A DNA stretch of 64,000 nucleotides from Euprymna scolopes. Lineage: Eukaryota. Below are positions 53,972-64,000 of the stretch, in pieces. Numbering within the stretch: position 1 is the stretch's first letter; each line of letters begins with the position of its first letter. The stretch lies in the NCBI GenBank assembly GCA_053919585.1, contig CM132793.1, one strand, 5' to 3'. Position numbers and translations under genes: made by a program. The notes beneath the pieces were generated by a model. It saw only the letters and a program-made list of their open reading frames with translations. It was not told the DNA's origin and did no database searches.

Positions 53972-54125
53972 NNNNNNNNNNNNNNNNNNNNNNNNNNNNN
54001 NNNNNNNNNNNNNNNNNNNNNNNNNNNNNNNNNNNNNNNNNNNNNNNNNNNNNNNNNNNNNNNNNNNNNNNNNNNNNNNNNNNNNNNNNNNNNNNNNNNN
54101 NNNNNNNNNNNNNNNNNNNNNNNNN
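53972..54125. other. Assembly gap
   Basis: Run of N. Confidence 1.
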
Positions 54126-55596
54126 ATTTGTAGATAAACCTTGTTGCAATTGCAAACTGCTAACTGATTTCATTTGAAAATCACCTTCAGCAGTCATTAG
54201 CATTAGTGAAACTGATTGCTCAATATTAATATTGGATTCAGAAATCAAATAGAAAAATGATATTAAAGAATTAAATGGAAAGACTATCTTGTTAAAAGGA
54301 CAGGTTTCAGATGTAACAGGTAGTTCTTGCCAAGAAAACTAGAGGTCACACAATTCAACAAAGCTACAGCTTTCCATATTTAACCTCAAATAACAAAAAA
54401 GATTTAGAAAAAAATCATGCTTATAAACTATAAAGTTAAAACAAAAATAATAATTAAAAGAAGTTTAGTAATTTGCAAAAGATTTCTACAAATATCAAAT
54501 ATGAACCTCAAAAACTCAGTTTGAAATATATCAAATGTCCAATTTTATGATATAAAAAAGAAATTAAGAGTAGACATGATTTCATGCTGTGATTAGCAAC
54601 TTTGCGTGGAATTTATTTATAAAATTTTTGCTTTTAAATTAAATATTGTCATAAATACAAATATTTATGAACAGATGATGAAATCAATTACACTAAAATA
54701 AATTAAAATGGAAAAGATAAATATACAAATTATTTTGAAAAAAAGAATTAATATTAACAATATGATCTGACTCTATAAAATAGAAAATTAATTTTAAATA
54801 TTAGGATCCTTGGATGCTTTGTTTTTTGATTAACACATTTTTAAAATGCACTAAACAATAGTAATAATACTAGTAGCAGTTAAAGATTCTAACCAGTCCA
54901 TTAAGAAATTCTGAACACTCAAAGCAAATTGAAAAATGGTAGGATAACCAGGCTACACTGCATGTTAGGCAACAGACAACACAAGCAGTTGAGATCAGGT
55001 TTTTTTTTTTGTGTGTGTGTGTTTTTTTTTTGGGGGGGGGGGTCTTTTTTTAATTGCAAAAAAAAAAAATCAAGTTGTTTTTTGATTTTTTTTTGTTTAT
55101 TAAAACTTTGTTAATATTGATTTTGGTTATTTTAATAAAAAAAAATAATTTTTGAAGCAGTGGCAGGTGTGAATCTGCTTGGATGGAGGTCAAGGTAAAT
55201 AAAAAGTTAAAAATATAAAAGAAAATATCTAACGATCAAAATTATTTTATTATCATAAAGTAAGGAAATAGGAGAAATTAGGAATAGGAGGAAAGCTGTA
55301 GCAATGCAGAAAAATACTGAGAGCATTGTGTGAGCCGAAGCTGGGTAGTAGGCGGGGACAAACAAGTTTCACCTGCCACGACCACCAAGACGACCAACAA
55401 CAACAGCAGCAAGGGCAGCCTCCACCACCAGCAGCAGCAGCACCATTGCCCCCCTCAAACATCAGGGAGGCACTGTGTTTGTGCATGTGTTTTTATGGTG
55501 GGTGCCACCCATCGCCACTGCCGCCTGCTGCCAACTGCCATCGTCGCTGCCACCGCCGCCGCCATGGCCGATATGCCTGCCTCACTGTCTGCTCAC

Positions 55597-55714
55597 GACT
55601 GGGAGTTATGCTGAAGACTGTCCGATTGGAGGACTAGCCAACTTGGCAGATGTGATGGAGGTAATGGAGTCAGATGAGGAGGCCCTGCACCATATTCCAG
55701 GCTGTTAGATATAC
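55597..55714 (-). CDS. mbl: Candidate 118-nt muscleblind exon (C)ISNSLEYGAGPPHLTPLPPSHLPSWLVLQSDSLQHNSQ(S)
   Basis: Strong acceptor TTTTCCTCATCCTCTTCACTGCAG and GTGAGC donor. Open in phase 1. If the donor is skipped, it ends immediately in TGA (55593-55595). Confidence 0.6.
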
Positions 55715-58700
55715 CTGCAGTGAAGAGGATGAGGAAAACATAATGATGACGACGACAACCACCATCACATGACATTTTCAAGAGAGGCTTTCTTTCGCAG
55801 ATTCCAAAATGCCGTTGTCATAATTTTTTTTAAATTTAAAAAAAAAAAAAACAATAACTACAAGTGGACACTTCATATTTCAAAGACACTTAGGAGCACC
55901 AAGAAGAAATGAGTTAAGAGTTTAGATATTTTATAAAAATTATCTAAAAGAAATATGAAAACCTAATCTACATTTATGCAATGAAATCTAAAATAAGATT
56001 ATTCCACAAGTTTTTAAACAGCAGTAAAGAATATTTTTGCTATGATATCAAAACAGCAGCAGCTAAGAATCCATTTAAAACTGTTCAGAAAGAGAAAATA
56101 AATCTTGGATAAAAATGATCTTTTTTATGGTTTATTTTCCAAAATTTAGAAACAACAAGTGAATCCTATTAAAATTGTGCAAATCAAAACAGGATTCATC
56201 TTTCTATAATTCCAGCAACTACCTCGTAATGGATAAGTGCTGAATATTAAAAAAAAAAAACTACATACACTCTTTAGGTACCTGAGAAGTGCTGCATAAT
56301 CTCTGGAGTTGTTTTTAGTTTTAAAATTGAATTTTTAAAACAGCCTATTATATATGGCTATAATCTTGAAAATACTAGAGATTTCAACATGGTAGATTTA
56401 ATATATTTTTGTAATAGTGTATACTAAATTTGTATTCTTTAGTCATTTATCAAAAGCAAAATAATATTTTGAAGACATTCTTGATAATATTTTTGATAGT
56501 AGTTTTAAAAAATTTGTTATAATTTTGGTATTTTGGTATTTTGTTTATTTCCGTTTTTGATAGTTTATAAGTAACAGCTGGTTAACATCTGGTCAAGTGA
56601 AGTTTAAAGATATCTTTTGAGATGCAAAAATAAATCAAGCAAATGTTTTATTTTTCTGATTTCATTTCATAAATGATTATCTTTTATTCAACAGTTAAGC
56701 TATTTTACAAAAATTGCTTTCAGTTTTGTTAAATTTATATTGTATACTTTGATATATTTCTGCAATCTTACTAAAACTTATTCTTAGTTTATTAAAGCTA
56801 TAAGTTAATCAATGTAATCTTTGTATTTTTACAATAGTACAATGTTATAGAAAATGTTCTTTCAAAGATTAAATTTTCAGTTTTTTATTGTATAAAATAT
56901 GACTTGAACAATTATTAAAAACAATCTAAAATGTTAAACATTGCATTTGTGAAATTATAAAGAAATTTTTTCATGTAATCTTACTAGTATTTATACATGC
57001 ACAATGCATATCTTTAAAACACCCAAAAACACAAACTACAAGAATCTTTTTTATTGAAGGGAATTTAAAAAAAGAGAACAGAACTGATCACCAAATTAAA
57101 AATGTCAATTTTGCAATTGTACATCTTTCTAAAAGCTCAATTTTTCAAAATAAAAAAAAGAAAACTGATGGAGTGGGGATATAAAACAAAGATACTCTGG
57201 AAGAAAATTCAAATATTTAAATCCAACCATTTTTTTCCTCTCTATATACTTAATAGAATTTCAGAAAATACAGGAAAATAGTAATATACAATAAAATCTT
57301 ATAGAAATTAGCCTAAATTCAAGGAAATCATTTTTTGTTTTAAAATACATAGACTGATGTGAAATAGAATTGGCACACTTTAGTCAAGATGAAATGTACA
57401 GTTGTGTAATGCAGTTACAGATGCTCATTCCATATACTGACCAATATATGCAAAGTTATTAAAATAAGAGCTGAACAGCTAAATAGAAAATAGTAAGGTC
57501 AACTTAGGATTGTAACATCGTAAGCCAAAGTAGTTGTGAAACACCTTTGCAAAGCTTGTTGACGAGCATAAGAGACAAGAAATTCTGCTAGAATGACAAA
57601 CTATAGTTGCATACTATTCGAGACTAAGAAAATGGGTGGGATGTAAGAATACTCCCAAGAGATACTTTTTACTAGATCTACATCTTTTGCTCTCATCTAG
57701 AGATAACAATCATTTGCATAAAGGAAATATTAACCAATCACTGAATAGCATCATTCTGAATGCACTAAGTGACCTTATATTTATACCAGTAGAGACATGC
57801 ATGATACTGTATCAAAATGCACATATGGCCATAGCCAATGTGTAAATTGACAATTCAAGAAAATCTACATTGGCACTTATGAAGGTCTAATTTGCACTTT
57901 TACTTTTTTCATGCTACAGTTGCACTTAGAATGCACCAATCTTGGTTCAATAAAATTTTGTCAATGATCATAGAAATTTTCATTTAATGAATATTGGCAG
58001 CAACAATGTCTCAAGCATGTTATCTGCAACAATTCTATATAGAAAATCATGAAAACTGAATAAAAGGTTAAAAGTGACAACAGCTATATGGTGGACACAT
58101 TTTATTATGCCAAACCATAGTGTAGCTATTCTGTAAAAGTGGACAACTATGAATGTCTATTAAATGCCATCAAAGTTAACAAAATATTGTCAGTCTTATA
58201 GTCCTATCTGCTCTAATGAAAAAGTCCTTTCAGTGTGATGTAATCATATTCTTAATCAGTGTATTAGTAAACTGTTGATGTTAAAAAGATTAATACGAAT
58301 AAAGCAAAAATAAACAAAACAAAAAAAATATTGTCTTTGCCTGAATGTTGTTAACAAAAGAATCTTACATGAAAACTATTGAATCAGTTTGAAAAAAAAA
58401 TTGTTATACAAAAACAAAAAAAATCAATATTACAAATAAAACATCTTTCAAATTCTTTGGATTAGAATTCAAAATTGGGCAAATAAGTAATCCAACAAGA
58501 AAATGTTTTAGAAAACAAACTGATAGAATAACGGGTTAAAGTGACAGACAATTTAAAATTGGCAAAAAGATTATGAAACCAATAAAGTGCTGCCACCTTG
58601 AATTTGAAACAATAAATATCAAAGATTCTTTGGTTATGGAAGCAACAGTGTAGAGGAGTTAAAATATGCAGAAAATACAAACTTTGCAGTAGTTTCACAA

Positions 58701-58751
58701 AAGTGCAAACATGAACATTTAATAAAAAGATTTGAATGTAGTAGTACTCAC

Positions 58752-58793
58752 AAGTAAAATAAGGTTGAATTTCATTTAATTTTGTTGAAGAAT
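58752..58793 (-). CDS. mbl: 42-nt microexon copy B, xSSTKLNEIQPYFT
   Basis: CTTTCCAG acceptor, GTGAGT donor, phase 1-1. Paralog of 63055-63096. Assignment to mbl rests on strand, position and phase. Confidence 0.75.
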
Positions 58794-59059
58794 CTGGAAA
58801 GTAGAATAGAAAATGTGATCAATATAGTTAAATTGTTAAAAACATTTTTAACAACATTGAAATAACTATTGTAACTTTTGAAATAAATATAAATAACTGA
58901 AAGTAACTTGTTTATACATAGTTCCTCATATAATATGCACATATACTATTATTATTATTATTATTATATAAAGAACTATTAATAAAATTTTTATGCTAAT
59001 AATTATGAAAAAATCTATTCATAAAAATAATTCAAAATTCACAAAAACAGTTGTGAAAA

Positions 59060-62000
59060 CCATCCATTGTATGGCTATCCATTCAGGAAACTATCTATTG
59101 GATAGCCGTCGACTTGCAAAAGCCATCCATTATATGGCCATCTATTCTCAAAAGCCATCCATTGTACAGCAATCTATAACAACACACCACTGTATGGTCA
59201 TCTATTCATGACAAACATCCATTGTATGGACATCTATTCTCCAAAGTCATCTATTGTATGGATGTCTAATCTACAAAGCCATTCTTTGTATGGTCATCTA
59301 TTTGTGAAAACCATTCATTGTATAACCATCTATTCACTATAAACATCGATTATATGGCTGTCTTATCGAAAGCCATCCATTGTATGGTCGTATATTGTCC
59401 AATGTCATCCATTATATGGGTATATATTTGCAATAACCATCCATTGTATGGCCATTAATTTGCTATGACCATCCATCGTATGACCGTCTATTCATGATAA
59501 CCATCCATTGTATAACTATCTCTTTGTGGTAACCATCCATTTTATGACCGTCTCTTTGTGGTAACCATCTATTATATGACCGTCTCTTTGTGGTAACCAT
59601 CCATTATATGACCGTCTCTTTGTGGTAACCATCCATTATATGACCGTCTCTTTGTGGTAACCATCCATTATATGACCGTCTCTTTGTGGTAACAATCCAT
59701 TATATGACCGTCTCTTTGTGGTAACCATCCATTATATGACCGTCTCTTTGTGGTAACCATCCATTATATGACCGTCTCTTTGTGGTAACCATCCATTATA
59801 TGACCGTCTCTTTGTGGTAACCATCCATTATATGACCGTCTCTTTGTGGTAACCATCCATTATATGACCGTCTCTTTGTGGTAACCATCCATTATATGAC
59901 CGTCTCTTTGTGGTAACCATCCATTATATGACCGTCTCTTTGTGGTAACCATCCATTATATGACCGTCTCTTTGTGGTAACCATCCATTATATGACCGTC
60001 TCTTTGTGGTAACCATCCATTATATGACCGTCTCTTTGTGGTAACCATCCATTATATGACCGTCTCTATGTGGTAACCATCCATTATATGGCCGTCTCTT
60101 TGTGGTAATCATCCATTATATGACCGTCTCTTTGTGGTAACCATCCATTATATGACCGTCTCTTTGTGGTAACCATCCATTATATGACCGTCTCTTTGTG
60201 GTAACCATCCATTATATGACCGTCTCTTTGTGGTAACCATCCATTATATGACCGTCTCTTTGTGGTAACCATCCATTATATGACCGTCTCTTTGTGGTAA
60301 CCATCCATTATATGACCGTCTCTTTGTGGTAACCATCCATTATATGACCGTCTCTTTGTGGTAACCATCCATTATATGACCGTCTCTTTGTGGTAACCAT
60401 CCATTATATGACCGTCTCTTTGTGGTAACCATCCATTATATGACCGTCTCTATGTGGTAACCATCCATTATATGGCCGTCTCTTTGTGGTAACCATCCAT
60501 TATATGACGTCTCTTTGTGGTAACCATCCATTATATGACCGTCTCTTTGTGGTAACCATCCATTATATGACCGTCTCTTTGTGGTAACCATCCATTATAT
60601 GACCGTCTCTTTGTGGTAACCATCCATTATATGACCGTCTCTTTGTGGTAACCATCCATTATATGACCGTCTCTTTGTGGTAACCCATCCATTATATGAC
60701 GTCTCTTTGTGGTAACCATCTATTATATGACCGTCTCTTTGTGGTAACCATCCATTATATGACCGTCTCTTTGTGGTAACCATCCATTATATGACCGTCT
60801 CTTTGTGGTAACCATCCATTATATGACCGTCTCTTTGTGGTAACCATCCATTATATGGCCGTCTCTTTGTGGTAATCATCCATTATATGGCCGTCTCTTT
60901 GTGGTAACCATCCATTATATGACCGTCTCTTTGTGGTAACCATCCATTATATGACCGTCTCTTTGGGATAACCGTCCATTGTATGACCGTCTCTTTGGGA
61001 TAACCATCCATTGTATGACTGTCTCTTTGTGGTAACCATCCATGGTATAACCGTCTCTTTGTGGTAACCATCCATTATATGACCGTCTCTTTGTGGTAAC
61101 CATTCATTATATGACCGTCTCTTTGTGGTAACCATCCATTATATGACCGTCTCTTTGTGGTAACCATCCATTATATGACCGTCTCTTTGTGATAACAATC
61201 CATTGTATAACTGTCTCTTTGTGGTAACCATCCATTGTATGATTGTCTATTCATGTTAACCATTCATTGTATGACCGTCTCTTCATGGTAACCATCCATT
61301 GTATGACCGTCTACTCATGATAACCATCCATTGTATAACTATCTCTTTGTGGTAACCATCTATTATATGACCATCTCTTTGTCGTAACCATCCATTGTAT
61401 GACCATCTATTTGTGATAACCATTCATTGTATAACTGTCTCTTTGTGGTAACCATCCATTATATGACCATCTCTTTGCGGTAACCATCCATTGTATGACC
61501 GTCTATTCATGATAACCATCCATTGTATAACTGTCTCTTTGTGGTAACCATCCATTATATGACCATCTCTTTGTGGTAACCATCCATTGTATGATTGTCT
61601 ATTCATGATAACCATCCAAGGTATGACCGTCACTTCATGGTAACCATTCATTGTATGCCTATTTTTGATAACCATCCATTGTATGACCGTCTATTCATGA
61701 TAACCACCCATTGTATGACCATCTCTTTGTGGTAACGATCCATTGTATGACCGTCTCTTCATGGTAACCATCTATTATATGACCAACTCTTCAGTGGTAA
61801 CCATTCATTATATGACCATCTCTTTGAGGTAACCATCCATTATATAACTGTCTAATTGTGATAACCATCCATTGTATGGCTGTCTATTCTCCTAAGCCAT
61901 CCATTCTCTATGGCTGTTTATCTGCAACAATGATTGGTTGTATGGCTGTCTATTTGTAACACCCATCCATTGTATGATCATCTATTCTTGAAGCCATCTA

Positions 62001-62420
62001 TTGTATGGCGATTGATACACTATAACCATCCAATGTATGACTGTCTATTTGTGATAACTGTCCATTGTATGATTGTCTATTGCTGATAGTCATCCATTTT
62101 ATGGCAATCTATATACAACAATCATCCATTCTATGGCCATCTATTCACGACAACCATCTACTGTATGACTCTTCGCTATAACTATCCATTGTGGGACTGT
62201 CTATCCTTGAAAGCCATCCATTTTATGGTCATCTATTCATCAACACTCTTCTATTTTATGACTATGTACTCGCGCTAACCATACATTTTATGTTAGCCTA
62301 TTCACAACCATCCATAATATAGTCATCTGTTCACAACAACCATCCATTGTATCATGATCTATTCGTGATAACCATTCATTATATGATTATCTATTAGCGA
62401 TAATCATCCACTATATTGAG
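59060..62420. repeat. 32-bp minisatellite CCATCCATTATATGACCGTCTCTTTGTGGTAA, about 100 copies
   Basis: Near-identical core at about 59530-61180 with progressively diverged units on both flanks. Confidence 0.98.
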
Positions 62421-63054
62421 ACGTATTCAAGAAAATATCAAAATATCATTGTCATAGTGATATTTATTATTAAAAACGTCTAAAACGTTTTGTAGCCTAT
62501 TCAGAAAAATCATTACAATGAAATATATCTTTATTAATGATTTTAAGTTTGCATAAACACTTGTTTATAAAAATATAGGGTTATATGAACAGTTATTGAA
62601 AAGGCAAGAAATTTATATTTTTTGTAGGCAATTTTCTAATAATGTTTAAGCAAAATAGAAAGTGAAATAGCAGCTTCAATAAAAGCTGGAAAAGTTTTCA
62701 AACTTTAAATGAAAATATGAAAATATCTTTTAAATTATGGCTAATTGCAATTTTACAATCAAACCAACAATCTATTTCCAGGTTATAAAAGAAAATTTAA
62801 CAACTAATGCAGTACATAAATATAAGTATGAGTTCTCTTTAGATTTTAAATAACTTTAATGCAAATAATATAAACACAACTCAATAGAAGAAAAACAAAT
62901 GGAATATGTAAATTAATAATAAAGAATTTATAACTAAAATAACTTCATAAGAATATTATAAAATACAATTTCTTTTAATTCAGAAGTAAATTTTTTATTG
63001 GAAAATGTTTTAATGCTAAAATTAATGAAGATAAGTAAATAAGAAAATACTTAC

Positions 63055-63096
63055 AAGTAAAATAGGGTTGAATTTCATTCAATTTCGTGGATGAAT
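63055..63096 (-). CDS. mbl: 42-nt microexon copy A, xSSTKLNEIQPYFT
   Basis: TGCATTTACAG acceptor, GTAAGT donor, phase 1-1. Five differences from copy B, all synonymous. Confidence 0.75.
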
Positions 63097-63516
63097 CTGT
63101 AAATGCAATTATAAAGAAAATATTTTAAAGGAAAATCAAGAAAATTAATTAGAATAATTTGCGTTTTTTCCTAACACAAAATATCAGCTATATTCAAACT
63201 GGATTATTTATTGAAATTTGAATTTTATTATTGTTAAAAAAAATATTTAATCATTTAAATAAATTCAGTTTCATTTCAAAACATTAATTTATATTTCAAA
63301 TCAATCATAAGATTCTGTCACTTTTGTTTTTTAATGTAGATTTTAGTTATAAATACTCTGTTGATTTATGAACTTTATGCAATTCTTTTGACAACAGAAA
63401 CTTATATTTCAGTTTTAAAATACAACAGACTCAAAATTGTAGAAAATGTGAAGCAAATCAAAATGATTGCAGGAACTTTATCAAGTGAGCATTAAATGTA
63501 AAACACATAAAATTAC

Positions 63517-63540
63517 CTTTTCAGAAATTTCAGCTTGAAT
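63517..63540 (-). other. Candidate 24-nt microexon with in-frame stop (xSS*)
   Basis: TGCATTTTTAG|ATTCAAGCTGAAATTTCTGAAAAG|GTAATT. The acceptor and first bases resemble copy A. Confidence 0.35.
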
Positions 63541-63823
63541 CTAAAAATGCATTTTGACTCATTATTCTAAAATTACAACTTATAAGATTAACTTTACTAT
63601 AACACATAGTTCTATTTACATATGTTTATATTGTTGATAAAGGCTTTGGTGAAAATAACATTTCCAGTCTATTACAATCAATTTATTTTTGAGTCGACTA
63701 AGTTGTTAATTAAAAACTAAGCCCATCCCGCTAATATATGTACATATACACGGCAACTGAATGTGTACTTCATCTTCCCTTCAAACAAATAATTTGAAGA
63801 GTTCCTGGATTTCCTCAATTTTC

Positions 63824-64000
63824 CTGAACATGATCAGAATATGAATGACATCAGTAATCTGAACAAGATCAGAATATGAATGTCATCAGTAATCTGAACA
63901 AGATCAGAATATGAATGTCATCAGTAATCTGAACAAGATCAGAATATGAATGCCATTAGTAATCTGAACAAGATCAGAATATGAATGCCATCAGTAATCT
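63824..64000. repeat. 35-bp tandem repeat CTGAACAAGATCAGAATATGAATGYCATCAGTAAT, running off the window end
   Basis: Period 35 (63824, 63859, 63894...). Confidence 0.95.

Noticed and set aside
54126-54248. Minus-strand ORF running into the gap as an extra mbl exon
   Set aside because: No convincing acceptor/donor pair, and the gap prevents assessment.
55326-55708. Plus-strand Q/P/A-rich ORFs
   Set aside because: They are antisense to the mbl intron and exon, are low complexity and have no convincing splice sites. The minus-strand CUG/GC-rich element explains them better.
59530-61180. 32-bp repeat as a CRISPR array
   Set aside because: Units are contiguous with no unique spacers, there are no cas genes, and the context is a eukaryotic intron.
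60595-61675. Repetitive ORFs (MVTTKRRSYNGW...)
   Set aside because: Translation artefacts of the minisatellite; the period is not a multiple of 3.

Overview
AT-rich animal genomic DNA. The repeat repertoire suggests a mollusc, possibly a cephalopod, but that is inference only. There are two N gaps (29549-30080, 53972-54125). The left half (1-33 kb) is transposon and satellite debris: a full-length but dead DD34D mariner, several LINE fragments (CR1/Jockey-like, and R4/Dong-like in ATT microsatellites), a BEL/Pao remnant, a Tc1 remnant, MITEs, a candidate Helitron, a degenerate minimal hammerhead ribozyme and 17-, 18- and 19-bp satellites. The right half holds the 3' part of a muscleblind (mbl/MBNL) gene on the minus strand, which the ORF track misses. 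Two confident exons encode the C-terminal tandem CCCH zinc-finger pair. Upstream of them is a phase-compatible chain of small exons. The chain includes two duplicated 42-nt microexons that differ only at synonymous sites and a 118+32-nt frame-compensating pair. Beside these exons are YGCY/CUG clusters, a 223-nt AG-exclusion zone and a strand-specific G-U hairpin. Together they look like an autoregulatory splicing cassette that controls inclusion of the second zinc-finger pair. All exon joins were deduced by hand and need RNA-seq confirmation.
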